Part shown: positions 28,520 through 38,814 of the stretch, piece by piece
Layout of the letters: the number at the start of each line of letters is the position of its first letter
Position numbering within the stretch: position 1 is the first letter of the stretch
NCBI GenBank assembly: GCA_963977015.1
Contig: CAXBMO010000003.1
Coordinates: 384,001 to 448,000, forward strand
DNA from: an uncultured bacterium
GTDB lineage: Bacteria; Verrucomicrobiota; Verrucomicrobiia; Verrucomicrobiales; DEV007
Direction of reading: 5' to 3'
Length of the DNA: 64,000 nucleotides
Notes under the pieces: generated by a model
What the model was told of the DNA's origin: nothing
The model's input: only the letters and a program-made list of their open reading frames with translations
Database searches by the model: none
Program-made: the position numbers and the translations under genes

Positions 28520-30436
28520 ATGCTCAAGAAATTTCTCAAACGCGGCGCGATCTTCTTCGGGGGATTGATTCTTCTCCTCGCGATCATCCTTTTCCTCTCC
28601 CGCGACTACCTGTCTGCCACCCTAACGAAGAAAATCGACTCCACCTTGGCTGAGCAGGGAGTCCATCTCACCTACACCACCACCGATTTCGATATTTTCA
28701 CCGGACTGGGCCTCGAAGACCTCACGCTCTACGAATCCGCAGCACGAGAGACGCCCGTCATCGCGCTCTCCAACATCGCGGTGGGATACAAGCTGGCGGA
28801 TTTGGTCTTTTCGCCGACAAAGCGATCGGCAGTTCTCCAGGTGGAGGATTCCACGCTGACGGCTTATCACGAAGGAGAGGCCTACCGACTCGAGAAGCTC
28901 AATGGGTCTGTGAGTGTCTCGCAAACTGAAGTCGATATCGCAGACCTCACCGCACAACTGTTTGGCCTGGATTTGGATGTGGCAGGCAACATCAAGATGG
29001 CGAGTTCGAAAGCGGCGAGCACGTCCAAACCAGATGTTTCGTCCGAAGATGATGACAAGACTCCCTACGAGGGCCTGGACCTCAGTCCCATTGCCGCATT
29101 GGCTGACGCCATGAAATTGAAGGCTGAAGGCGAAGCGCCCAAGCTAACCGCCCGCTTCACCGTCAACGAAGACCAAACGGTCGAAGCGAAAACCACCTTT
29201 TCCGGGAAGAAGTTTTCCTGGGACGGCGTCCCGATCGACTCGCTGACCGCAGAAGTCGAAGTTGAGAACGGCGCGAACGCTCCAATCCTGACCATCAAAC
29301 GTCTCGAACTCCAGTATGCGGGACGGCCACTCAAAGCGGAAGGGTCCTTTGATCTCGATACGGAAGTCTTCGCGCTTAAGAGTCTCGATTCCAAAATTGA
29401 CCTGATGAAACTTGCTTCGCACTTCGAAGAGAGTGGCGATACCAGCATGCTGCGATTCCTGGAGCCTCCGAATCTGGTCGCAAGCGGAACGATTCCGATT
29501 GCCGAGATTGATAAGGCGGTGATTACCGGCAGCGCAAATTGCCCTCAAGGAGTCGAAATCGCCTTCAAGGAGGATCAGAAATTGGTCATCAGTAATGTCA
29601 CAACCACGTTTTCCCTTTCCGAAGGCCTCCTCAAACTCCCAGACCTTTCTTCCAACGTCCTGGGCGGCGCCACCAAGATTAACATGAGTCTCAAGCCGTT
29701 CTCCAAAGTTCCCTACATGGACGGCACGTTCGCCTTGGAGAAGCTTTCGTTGGCCGAAATTGCGAAGTTTGCGGGTCAGGCGAATGACAAGGTTGGAACC
29801 CTCAGCGCTTCATTCACCGGCGCAGGTGAACCCGATCTCAAGAAATTGAACGGCACCGGTAACCTCGAGATTTCTGAAGCACATTTCGTTTCGATCCCAA
29901 TTTTCCGGAAAATTTTGCCGGTCCTCTCCGCCTTTGCGTTGAAGCCCTTCAACGGCAATAGCAAAGGAACTTCCGTGACGGCAACTTTTGCGCTGAAGGA
30001 CGCGCAACTCACGACCAGTGATGTTCAGCTCCTTTCCGGAATCTATGGGGTCGATGGAACGGCTGATGTGAATTTCGCCACGGAAACCCTGGCCGCGACG
30101 GCGAGCGTGAAGCCCAATGGTCCCATGAAAGTGATTTCAAAGCTCTCTGAACGGACGATCGACATTGAGGCATCCGGAACCTTCGACAACTATGATTGGC
30201 GGGTGAAAAATATTCCAGGAGTTGACCGGGTCAGCACACTTGCCGGGGTGCCTCAGGAGAAACTGGGAGATATGCTCCAGAAATTGGGGATCGAGGAGGG
30301 TTCCGCGTCTAAAACAGCTCAGGACATCATCAAGGCAACGGAGAGCATCCCATTCCTGAAGGGGCTTAACAAGAAACTGAACCTCAATCCGACAGCAGAG
30401 GAAGAGGCTCCACCGAAGGCCACAAAACCGGAATAA
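28520..30436 (+). CDS. AsmA-like envelope protein
   Basis: N-terminal anchor, long beta-rich body, C-terminal LNGTGNLEI...ATFALKD...GTADVNF typical of AsmA C-termini. Confidence 0.65.
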   Translation: MLKKFLKRGAIFFGGLILLLAIILFLSRDYLSATLTKKIDSTLAEQGVHLTYTTTDFDIFTGLGLEDLTLYESAARETPVIALSNIAVGYKLADLVFSPTKRSAVLQVEDSTLTAYHEGEAYRLEKLNGSVSVSQTEVDIADLTAQLFGLDLDVAGNIKMASSKAASTSKPDVSSEDDDKTPYEGLDLSPIAALADAMKLKAEGEAPKLTARFTVNEDQTVEAKTTFSGKKFSWDGVPIDSLTAEVEVENGANAPILTIKRLELQYAGRPLKAEGSFDLDTEVFALKSLDSKIDLMKLASHFEESGDTSMLRFLEPPNLVASGTIPIAEIDKAVITGSANCPQGVEIAFKEDQKLVISNVTTTFSLSEGLLKLPDLSSNVLGGATKINMSLKPFSKVPYMDGTFALEKLSLAEIAKFAGQANDKVGTLSASFTGAGEPDLKKLNGTGNLEISEAHFVSIPIFRKILPVLSAFALKPFNGNSKGTSVTATFALKDAQLTTSDVQLLSGIYGVDGTADVNFATETLAATASVKPNGPMKVISKLSERTIDIEASGTFDNYDWRVKNIPGVDRVSTLAGVPQEKLGDMLQKLGIEEGSASKTAQDIIKATESIPFLKGLNKKLNLNPTAEEEAPPKATKPE

Positions 30437-30442
30437 CCGCCG

Positions 30443-31036
30443 CTATCGACGGACAACGCGAGTTCCGCTCAAATGATCATGGAGGGTGCGGCGTTGACCA
30501 TCGAACAGCGCCGTCAGGTAGCCAAGGCCCAGGATCAGAACCGTCAGGGACTCGGACCAGGAACGCCCAAATGCCTTCCCAAAGTTGAGGGAATCCCCTT
30601 TATCGTCCACGACGCGGGAGCCCATGAGCCACTTGCCCCAGGTGTTGGCGCGCAGAAACGTATTGTAGTTGAACCAGGTGAACCAAACTCCGATAAATCC
30701 GAACACCCCTACTGCGATGGCGGGTGCCCACTGCGGGCCTTCAGGAAGTTTGGCGATCAGCCCAATCGATGCCGCGTAAAACACGACGGAACAAATCAGG
30801 AGGTCAATCCCTTTGGCGACAAACCGTCGTCCTCTTCCCGCCAGCATCATGCCAGGAACCTGGACCATCGGCACATTGACCACGTTCTCGTGAATCGGGT
30901 TTACCAACTCCATTTGATCGGGAATCGCCTCAGCCTGCGCCCCAAGTTCAAACAAGGGCCGATCCTCCCCTCCGGAGCCTAACTCAAAGAGTGGCCGTTC
31001 CTCGGTTTCACCGTAATCTGGATTTGAATCGTTCAT
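30443..31036 (-). CDS. RDD family protein
   Basis: RRFVAKGIDLL, TWGKWLMGSRVV and RRTLHDHLSGTRVV. Confidence 0.9.
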   Translation of the reverse strand: MNDSNPDYGETEERPLFELGSGGEDRPLFELGAQAEAIPDQMELVNPIHENVVNVPMVQVPGMMLAGRGRRFVAKGIDLLICSVVFYAASIGLIAKLPEGPQWAPAIAVGVFGFIGVWFTWFNYNTFLRANTWGKWLMGSRVVDDKGDSLNFGKAFGRSWSESLTVLILGLGYLTALFDGQRRTLHDHLSGTRVVRR

Positions 31037-31288
31037 CTATCCACCCTGGACCGGGGGCATGATCGCGATCTCCTGACCATCTCGAAGTTCAGTTTCGCGA
31101 TCCACATAATCCATATCGGCAGCCACCAGCAAATTTGTGTCCCAATCGCGAAGTTTCGGATAATCGGCGTAAAGGCGTTCCAAAAGGCCTCCCACGGTCC
31201 ACGATTTTTTCGCCGGCAATTCCAACTGGAATTGCTCGCGACCAACGACGTCACGCAAAATGGAGAAAAACAGGACCTGAAGTTTCAT
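31037..31288 (-). CDS. moaD: Molybdopterin synthase sulfur carrier subunit (MoaD/ThiS)
   Basis: MKLQVLFFSILRD...LRDGQEIAIMPPVQGG with C-terminal GG; start trimmed to ATG 31288. Confidence 0.88.
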   Translation of the reverse strand: MKLQVLFFSILRDVVGREQFQLELPAKKSWTVGGLLERLYADYPKLRDWDTNLLVAADMDYVDRETELRDGQEIAIMPPVQGG

Positions 31289-31484
31289 GGGTTCTTGGCG
31301 GGAACTCCACTTTACGCAGGATCCGGATCGGGGCAACTCTCCCCCTCCTCCCTTCAAGCTCCACTGACACGATGCACCAAGCTGAAGAGACCGGGCAAGT
31401 GGGCTTGATATCGATTGGAGCATCCCCATTTTCGACGCCCCGTAGCTGGGAATCATTCGCGAAAGGAAGGGGCTTCCGGGTATC

Positions 31485-31523
31485 AAAAAACCGCTCCCCA
31501 ATTGAGATCAGAGAGCGGTTTTT
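31485..31523 (-). terminator. Rho-independent terminator (possibly bidirectional)
   Basis: AAAAAACCGCTC...GAGCGGTTTTT inverted repeat with T tracts on both strands. Confidence 0.75.
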
Positions 31524-31562
31524 GGTTCTGAAATTTTGCGGGGTGAGCCTCGCGCTCCCGAT

Positions 31563-32063
31563 CTACTTGAGTCCGCTCTTGATCATTTCTGCGAACGGCT
31601 CCCGGGCTTCATCTGCGACAGCGGCAGGAGCAGTCATTTTCACAAATACCAAACGCCCATCATCGGTCGGCAGGATGGCGCCAAGCATCCGATAGTTCTC
31701 TTTGGGCTTTTTGGAAGTGGCTGGGGCCATTGGCGGTCCGTCGAGGTAGACCCCGCTGAGGATGACAATCACGCCACCACCTTCCAACTTCTCACGTTCC
31801 TCTTCCGGTGGAGCCGCGAACTGCCCCTTCCAACGGGCAATATTTTGCTCAAGCGTACCACCGAAGACAAAAAACGCAGCCGAGGGATCATCATCGCCTT
31901 CGGCATCGAAGAGCAATTCCGCGGACCGCATGGGGCTGCTCGGTTGTTGGGAGGTCCATTTTTCGCCAAGATCAAACGTGTATTGAGAGACTTCGATCGT
32001 GTCGGCGTTGGAAAGCAACGCAGTGGAAGCAAGAAGTAAGGGGATTATGAAAAGTGACTTCAT
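31563..32063 (-). CDS. Hypothetical secreted protein
   Basis: Signal peptide; PSSPMR, GGTLEQNIARWKGQF and FVKMTAP resemble a PVC hypothetical family. Confidence 0.65.
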   Translation of the reverse strand: MKSLFIIPLLLASTALLSNADTIEVSQYTFDLGEKWTSQQPSSPMRSAELLFDAEGDDDPSAAFFVFGGTLEQNIARWKGQFAAPPEEEREKLEGGGVIVILSGVYLDGPPMAPATSKKPKENYRMLGAILPTDDGRLVFVKMTAPAAVADEAREPFAEMIKSGLK

Positions 32064-32128
32064 GAGGATGGATTTAGTGCTGTCAGGGCCGGAATTCCAG
32101 CTTTTTCGGCATTGAATCGACCGGTGCG

Positions 32129-34351
32129 CTAGGCTCGGTCGACCACGATTCGGTCACCGTAAACCGCACCGACCTTGATCGCGCTCCCTTCTTCGATGAA
32201 TTCAGAATCGCTGGTCACATCGAGCAACTTCCCGTCGATGACTGCCTTTCCCGAGGGACGGAGATCGGTTTTTGCGACACCCGCTTTGCCGAGAAGCGGA
32301 CTCTTGCCTGTCGCTTGGTCGATTTCATGGTCACCGATGGCGGTTCCGCTAGCTAACGATTCCTGAAGCACAAGCCGGGTGGCGGGCGTCAGATGAGGCA
32401 GGAATTTCATCAATACGCCGATTAGAACCGCGGCCAGGAAAATGGAGATCATCATCGTGAAAATCGGCACCCTGGCAATCGATCCAAGTGTCGGGGCAGC
32501 TTCCCCTCCTTCCATGAAATCCCCAAGATCGACCCGGTCAACGAGCGCAAAACCAAGCGACCCGACCATGAGCAGCGCTCCCACCACGCCTATGATGACC
32601 GTGCTCCCTCCCAATATGAGAAGTTCGAGAGCGAGTAGCGCCAAGCCGAGGATGAAGAAGAAGGCCGTCTCATAACCCGCCATGTTTCCAGCAACATTGT
32701 TGCCAAAAAAGAACAGGGTGAAGGATAGCACGGAAACGATACCTGGAATTCCGAACCCCGGGGAATTCAATTCGAGATAGGCTCCGCCAACACCAAAAGC
32801 AATGAGCAGAAACGAGAAGGCCTGCGTCCACTGGGCAAAGGCCTCAAGCGGCGTTGCTTTAACGTCGAGCACCTCGCCTTCGAGCCCCTCCTGCTCGATA
32901 ATCTCATCGATCGAATTCACGATCCCCTTCGCCAGAAGAGGCTCTCCATTGTAGACCTCGACAGCTTCAAGTGCATTGAGATCAAGAACCTCCCCTTTCG
33001 CGCAGATCGTGACACCATCGCGAATCACTTCGGTTTCCGTGGTGATGAATGCGACGCAGAGATCGGGATCGTGACCTTTGGCAATCGCGACGTTGCGAAC
33101 CGTGGATTCCATATCGGCCTGAACTTTCGCCATCATCGTTTCCGGAATATCTCCACCCGTGCTCATGACCGGAAGCGCCGCGCCAATGGTGCTGGTGGGC
33201 TTCATATAGATGTGATCGGTCGCAATGGCGAGAAGTGCGCCCGCCGACTTGGCTTTCGTATTGACGAAGGTGAAGGTTGGGAAGTCCACCTCCTGCAAGG
33301 CCCCCATCATCACATCCGTAGTGTACCAGCCAACGCCTCCCGGAGTGTGCATATCGAAAATGAGCGCGGCGGCCCGATCATCCCGCGCTTTAACGACGAT
33401 CCGCTCCATGAACTTGAAACGGGCCTCCGTCGACAAATCCCGAAGACCTACTTTCACAATTAGAATTTTCCCGGCATAGCTCGCTTCTGACGCTTTCCCG
33501 AAGAGGAACGGCTCCTCTTCGACCTTTTCAGGCCCATCGCCGGGCTTTTTCTTGGACTTCGATGCTGACAACTTGTCGCGAAAGCCGCTTCGCTGCCATT
33601 CCATCACGCTGATCTCGATCAACTCGCCCTTCAGCCCTTCCTTCTTCACGATCTCCGCACTGGTCTCCACAATCCCCTTGCTGAAATTCAAGGCGACCGC
33701 TTCCTCAGCCGCCAACGTCAACACTTCCCCCTTCTTGGAAATGCGATCATCCTCCGGACCGAGTTCGAAATCCGGGTCGATCATCGCTTCCGCCAAATCG
33801 GCCTGATGCCCTTTCGCCTTGGCCAAACTGCGAGCCTGAGCCTTCAAAACAGAAACTTTCTGGCGATCCTGCGAGGACATCTCCTGATCTTTGCCCGTGA
33901 TCTGAGCAACATCCGGAGTGGCGCCACCGATCACCGAGACCGGACTCATATAGATCCCGTTGCTTCCCAAAGCCAGCAACGCTCCCATCCCCAGAGCCGA
34001 GGATTTTGCGTAGGTGTAGATCGGAACGCTGACTTTGGGCAGGTCACGCAAGAGAAAGTTCGCCAGTTCCGCCGAATATCCGGCCTCGATGTCGACCTCC
34101 AGAATGACGGCCGAGACCTCTTCGCGATCGGCTTCCTGGAGAAGTTTCCGAAGGGAACGGAGGCGTTCCCCGTTTCTCATGTCCGGCGTGGTCACTCGCA
34201 CGACGAGAACGTTGTTTTCCAAGCCCTCCTTCTCCTCAGACGTGGGTAAGGTGAGGTCGGGTTCCGCCTCTTTTAGACCCAATCCCGCAAAACCGAAGGT
34301 CATTAATACGAGATAGACCCAAATTCGCATTGCTCTAGGTGTTCCTGACAT
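32129..34351 (-). CDS. NfeD family membrane-bound ClpP-class protease with duplicated N-terminal domain
   Basis: Two ClpP-like domains (second: DMHTPGG, AKSAGALLAIA, STIGAA), TM region ELNSPGFGIPG, C-terminal OB fold TDLRPSGKA. Confidence 0.85.
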   Translation of the reverse strand: MSGTPRAMRIWVYLVLMTFGFAGLGLKEAEPDLTLPTSEEKEGLENNVLVVRVTTPDMRNGERLRSLRKLLQEADREEVSAVILEVDIEAGYSAELANFLLRDLPKVSVPIYTYAKSSALGMGALLALGSNGIYMSPVSVIGGATPDVAQITGKDQEMSSQDRQKVSVLKAQARSLAKAKGHQADLAEAMIDPDFELGPEDDRISKKGEVLTLAAEEAVALNFSKGIVETSAEIVKKEGLKGELIEISVMEWQRSGFRDKLSASKSKKKPGDGPEKVEEEPFLFGKASEASYAGKILIVKVGLRDLSTEARFKFMERIVVKARDDRAAALIFDMHTPGGVGWYTTDVMMGALQEVDFPTFTFVNTKAKSAGALLAIATDHIYMKPTSTIGAALPVMSTGGDIPETMMAKVQADMESTVRNVAIAKGHDPDLCVAFITTETEVIRDGVTICAKGEVLDLNALEAVEVYNGEPLLAKGIVNSIDEIIEQEGLEGEVLDVKATPLEAFAQWTQAFSFLLIAFGVGGAYLELNSPGFGIPGIVSVLSFTLFFFGNNVAGNMAGYETAFFFILGLALLALELLILGGSTVIIGVVGALLMVGSLGFALVDRVDLGDFMEGGEAAPTLGSIARVPIFTMMISIFLAAVLIGVLMKFLPHLTPATRLVLQESLASGTAIGDHEIDQATGKSPLLGKAGVAKTDLRPSGKAVIDGKLLDVTSDSEFIEEGSAIKVGAVYGDRIVVDRA

Positions 34352-34555
34352 GGCTACAAATTCGTTGATTCTTGTGGTTGCCTGAACAATCGGTCAGGTA
34401 GTTCCAGCTTAGGCTGGTCAGTCGAAAATTCCAAATTCGAAGCATAAAAATCCGGATTCCAGCTTCCATCGGCGCCCTTCTCTGGTTTTGTCTCGTTCGA
34501 GCGTGAAATTCGTCGAATTTGACGGCTCCAGACCAGGAATTCATCGCATTCACCC

Positions 34556-36355
34556 GTGTACTCAGAAGAATTCATCCAGAGAGTGGCCGACGCCAACGAC
34601 ATCGTTGATGTCATTGGCGAATACACGGATTTGAAGCGGGCGGGGTCTGAGTTCAAGGGGCTAAGTCCTTTTACGAATGAAAAGACCCCTTCGTTTGCCG
34701 TGAATCCGGGAAAACAGGTCTGGCACTGCTGGTCCTCGGACCGCAAGGGCAACCTGTTCAAGTTCATCATGGAGGCGGATGGGCTCAATTTTCCGGAATC
34801 CGTCAAGAAGATGGCGCAAAGGGCGAATATTCCGCTCGAAGAAGAGGCGGAGTCCCCGGAAGTCACCGCGCAACGCAAATCCCGGGACCGCCTCAAAGAA
34901 GCTCACCGTCAGGCGGCGGAATGGTTTCATGACTTGCTGATGAAAAGCCGCGACCCAGGCCCTCAGATGGCCCGCGACTATTTGAAACAACGAGGCGTGA
35001 GCGGTGACGTGGCGAGGCGATGGAAACTCGGTTACGCGCCCAAATTTGGTAATGCGATGGTGCAATGGGCCAAGAAGCATGGCTTGCGGGAGAACGATTT
35101 GGCTGAGGGCGGGCTTCTCGGGCGCGGCGATCGCGGATTTTACGGTTTCTTTCGGCACCGGCTCATGTTCCCGATTCTGGACCAGTACGGCAACGTGATC
35201 GCCTTCAGCGGACGGGAGCTGGAAAAGAGCAGCGACGGCCGGAAATACGTCAATTCGCCAGCCACCCCCATTTTTGACAAGTCCTCGACCTTCTTCGGCT
35301 TGTTTCAGGCCAAGCGTTCGATCTTGAATTCCCAATACGTCATCATCTGTGAGGGACAACTCGATGTGATCGCGGCTTCCGAAGCGGGCGTGGAGAATAT
35401 CGTGGCTCCGCTTGGCACCGCGTTTAATGAGGCACACGCCCAGGTTCTCCGGAAGGACGTTCGTGAAGCGGTGCTTTGTCTGGACTCGGACCGCGCCGGG
35501 ATCAAAGCGACCGACCGCGTGTTTGAGCAATTGGCGAAGACTGGAATTTTCGCAAAAGTCGCGCGGATGCCGGAAGGCGAAGACCCGGATTCATTGATCA
35601 AGAGCGCCGGAGCCGACGCGTTCCGGGACGTGATTCACAACGCGATCGATTACTTTGATTTTCAGCTCCAAATCGGCCTCCCCGACCCTCAGGCGGCCTC
35701 GCCGCATGACCGATGGACGCTGATGAACAAGATTGCCGAAAAATTGCTTCATGTCGGTGATGAAGTGCAGCGTCGAATCGTGACCGAACGCGTGTCGCGC
35801 CTTCTGGGGGTCGCGACCGACGATATCGAAGGCGCCACCAGCCAGATGCGGCAACGCGAGCAAATGCGGGCAACCCGACAGGCTTCCCGCCAGAAAACGG
35901 TGGAGGCGGCTCCCGACATTCTGCCTCCCTCGAACGTTCTTCGGATGCTTGCCCGGTTGATGGCGAACCATAGCGAAGCCCGGGAATGGATCTTCGAGAA
36001 CGCCGACCGTTCGGTCCTGGATTTTCTGCCGGGATCTCAACTCCTGGCACTCTTGTGGGACGGCGACTTCGACCCGGAGGATCCGCAATCCCAGCATCAG
36101 TTTCTGGAAACCCTCCCCGATGAAGCGAAACGCGCCCTCAATTGGCTCAACGATGAAAAGGCGCCCCCGCCATCCGTCGAACTGGCGGAAGATTGCTGGG
36201 TTTCGATTCAACGTGAGGTTCTTGGCCGGCAACTCCGTGAAGCGAAAGCTCGGCTCAAGGAGCCAGGGCTTCAGTCCGATCAGTTAATTCAGGCTTTGGA
36301 ACGCGTGAAGCAGGTAGAGTCCGAACTCAAATCCCTGCCACGGCCGCGCGTTTAG
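34556..36355 (+). CDS. dnaG: DNA primase
   Basis: DIVDVIG, EKTPSF, FRHRLMFPI, AFSGR, KYVNSP, EGQLDVI, LDSDRAG and DPD (TOPRIM). Confidence 0.96.
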   Translation: MYSEEFIQRVADANDIVDVIGEYTDLKRAGSEFKGLSPFTNEKTPSFAVNPGKQVWHCWSSDRKGNLFKFIMEADGLNFPESVKKMAQRANIPLEEEAESPEVTAQRKSRDRLKEAHRQAAEWFHDLLMKSRDPGPQMARDYLKQRGVSGDVARRWKLGYAPKFGNAMVQWAKKHGLRENDLAEGGLLGRGDRGFYGFFRHRLMFPILDQYGNVIAFSGRELEKSSDGRKYVNSPATPIFDKSSTFFGLFQAKRSILNSQYVIICEGQLDVIAASEAGVENIVAPLGTAFNEAHAQVLRKDVREAVLCLDSDRAGIKATDRVFEQLAKTGIFAKVARMPEGEDPDSLIKSAGADAFRDVIHNAIDYFDFQLQIGLPDPQAASPHDRWTLMNKIAEKLLHVGDEVQRRIVTERVSRLLGVATDDIEGATSQMRQREQMRATRQASRQKTVEAAPDILPPSNVLRMLARLMANHSEAREWIFENADRSVLDFLPGSQLLALLWDGDFDPEDPQSQHQFLETLPDEAKRALNWLNDEKAPPPSVELAEDCWVSIQREVLGRQLREAKARLKEPGLQSDQLIQALERVKQVESELKSLPRPRV

Positions 36356-37458
36356 AGCTCATCCAAAGCGCGGCGGAGTTTGGACTCCCGCGCTTCAATG
36401 CTCTCACAAAGCCGCATTTGGACGCGGGCCCGATCAAGGTTTTGTTGATCGTGTTTCACTTTGAAATACACGTCTCCCGCCAGGTAATCGGTGTAAAAGC
36501 GCAACCCCAGCTCAAAGGTGATCAACCGGATCGAATCAAACAGGTATTTGCGGTCAGCCTCAGTCAAAAATGGTCCGGCCTCGCGCAAATAGCCGCGAAC
36601 GAGCGCGCCAAAAAGATCCAGATCCAGAAAAACTTCGTCAAGATCGGTCGTCTCTTCACCACCGGGATTGCAGGCGCTTCGCACCGCGTCCCCAAAATCG
36701 TAGTGGATCAATCCGGGTTTCACCGTATCCAAATCGACAATCGCCGTTCCTTTTCCCGAGAAGTCATCAATCATGATGTTGGAGATTTTCGGATCCCCGT
36801 GAATCGGGCGCAGTTGGAGTTCCCCTTTCTGACAGGCATCCTCCAACACGGGCGCGAAATCCCGACGCTCTTGCACAAATTTCACCAAGCGCCGGGCTTC
36901 GCTTGAAGCTTCCGCCCGCAACTGACCTTCCTCGGTCGCCAAGACGCGGTCGAACTGCTTCAGATAGCCGGGAGTGATGTGAAACCCGGGAAGGGTATCT
37001 TCCAGTTCATTGACGGGGAAATCGGCAATCAATCGCTGAAAGTGACCGAGCACCTGGCCGGCTTCCACGGCGTGCTCCACGGAATGAACCCGCTCATAGG
37101 ACTTGGCGGAGGCAATCAACGAAAGACCTCGCCAAACATCTCCCTTGTCATCCCGCACAAAATCGCGCCCCCCACTTGCGGGAATGACCTTGGGGAGTTG
37201 CCAGATTCGATCGGCCGAGTCGGCCTCACTTCGAATCTTGCCGTGCGCATGCCTCGTAATCGCCGAGATGTTCGCCATCACATTTTCCGGAGACGGGAAG
37301 ACCGCTTGATTGATCTTCTGCAGAATGAACTGTTGCTCGTCGAAGGTCGTCCGAAAAATTGCACGATAGGTATCGTTCACGTTTCCGGAATGCAGCGCCT
37401 CCACCGTGACCAGCTGTCCCTCCATTTCAAATTGTTTGGCAATCTCCGCGGGGTTCAT
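36352..37458 (-). CDS. Aminoglycoside-phosphotransferase-fold kinase (N-acetylhexosamine 1-kinase-like)
   Basis: SGNVNDTY, ILQKIN, TLPGFHIT, IHGDPKISN, VDLDTVKPG and DYLAGDVYFK. Confidence 0.8.
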   Translation of the reverse strand: MNPAEIAKQFEMEGQLVTVEALHSGNVNDTYRAIFRTTFDEQQFILQKINQAVFPSPENVMANISAITRHAHGKIRSEADSADRIWQLPKVIPASGGRDFVRDDKGDVWRGLSLIASAKSYERVHSVEHAVEAGQVLGHFQRLIADFPVNELEDTLPGFHITPGYLKQFDRVLATEEGQLRAEASSEARRLVKFVQERRDFAPVLEDACQKGELQLRPIHGDPKISNIMIDDFSGKGTAIVDLDTVKPGLIHYDFGDAVRSACNPGGEETTDLDEVFLDLDLFGALVRGYLREAGPFLTEADRKYLFDSIRLITFELGLRFYTDYLAGDVYFKVKHDQQNLDRARVQMRLCESIEARESKLRRALDEL

Positions 37459-37626
37459 AATCTTCGCAATCCGGCTTCATACTTGCCTCAACCGGCTTGG
37501 GCAACTAGGAACTCGAATCTGGTGAAAGGTCCGGCCCCCGAATAGTCTAACAAACTGTTGGTCAAATTGGTGGCCAGTCCCGTAGATGCCATGATACGTT
37601 TACGTCTAAGTTTTCCGAAGTTCTCG

Positions 37627-38796
37627 ATGATGATGATTTCCTTCCCGAATCTCGCCCGGTGCTCGATCCTGATCGCACCGGTTTGCTTTTTGTGCGGATG
37701 CTTTCCCGGCGATGCAAACCAGGATCAACTGGACCGCCTTTCGAAGCGGCTTCTCGACATGGAAGAGGAAATGGACGCGCTGAGAGCGACGGCCGCGGCA
37801 CCAGCGGACGGAGACCGCCTCTCCGGGCTGCAGCAGCGCATCCTTGAGGTGGAGAAATCGCAGGGGCAAACTCGCGAAGCGATTATTCAGGAGCTTCGTA
37901 TCCAGAACGAGAAACTGCAGCGCACCTTTCGCGGGTTCAACCAGATGCAGGACGTCATCCAAACCGGGCAGACCTGGGCCGCCTTTGGGCTGGACTACCA
38001 GGGGCACGCCGTTGCGCGAACCAAGCACGGCTCATTCCTGATCGAGTTGGAGGAACAGGAGGCGACCGAGAACGGCTATCGCCTCACGCTTCGAATCGGG
38101 AATCCCAGCGGGCTCCTCATTCACCAATTCCGACTTTACGGCGATTACGGCTCTCCCCCGCCGAGCAACACCGATATCACGGATTACGAGACCTATATCC
38201 GCAATTTTGACCAGTGGGAAGGCTCGCTGAAGAAGTTTGAAGCCAATTTTGTGACGCCGCTCGCCACCAATGATTGGACACTGATTGGTTTGGTGATTCC
38301 CGCAGAACGCCTTGCGGAACTGCGATTCATCCGCTTCAAAATGGAAGTTGACCGGGCCAGCTTGGAAAACAACGTGGCCAAGGAAGAGGCGTTTGCTCAA
38401 ATGAGCATTTCGCAGAAAGGAGCCACAATGTTGGAAACTCCCTATGGAAGCTTCCCGGTGTCGATCGCCGGACATACTAAAACCCTTTCCGGTCATGAAC
38501 TCGAACTGCTGATCGGGAACCCTCTGGGAATGACGGTAACTTCCGCTCGACTGATCGGACGCCTCGGTCCCAAACCTCCGAAGCTCAAAGAGCAGCAGGA
38601 TTATGAATCGTTCACTTCAGAACTGGCAAAGTGGGATCGGGAATTGACCCCGTTCGAGGCCAGGCTCCCGACGTCACTAACACCTTTCCACTGGAATCGG
38701 GTCAAAATCCGCGTGCCAGCCGTGGAAGAATCCGACCTCGAACACATTCGCGCCCAATTGGAGGTTCTGAATGTGAGCCTTCGAAACAAGGATTGA
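37627..38796 (+). CDS. Lipoprotein with coiled coil and two tandem DUF3251-like domains
   Basis: Lipobox LCGC; repeated unit T.HGSF...LRIGNPSG...WE / TPYGSF...LLIGNPLG...WD. Confidence 0.6.
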   Translation: MMMISFPNLARCSILIAPVCFLCGCFPGDANQDQLDRLSKRLLDMEEEMDALRATAAAPADGDRLSGLQQRILEVEKSQGQTREAIIQELRIQNEKLQRTFRGFNQMQDVIQTGQTWAAFGLDYQGHAVARTKHGSFLIELEEQEATENGYRLTLRIGNPSGLLIHQFRLYGDYGSPPPSNTDITDYETYIRNFDQWEGSLKKFEANFVTPLATNDWTLIGLVIPAERLAELRFIRFKMEVDRASLENNVAKEEAFAQMSISQKGATMLETPYGSFPVSIAGHTKTLSGHELELLIGNPLGMTVTSARLIGRLGPKPPKLKEQQDYESFTSELAKWDRELTPFEARLPTSLTPFHWNRVKIRVPAVEESDLEHIRAQLEVLNVSLRNKD

Positions 38797-38814
38797 GGCC
38801 GATCTGAAGGTCTG

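Noticed and set aside
30935-31003. Short repeat encoding RPLFELG twice in the RDD protein
   Set aside because: Two degenerate copies inside a CDS; not a CRISPR array or mobile repeat.
31289-31484. Possible Moco riboswitch or N-terminal extension upstream of moaD
   Set aside because: No Moco RNA consensus recognised. A TTGCCC-N16-TAAAGT promoter close to ATG 31288 argues for a short leader, and MoaD is complete at 83 aa.
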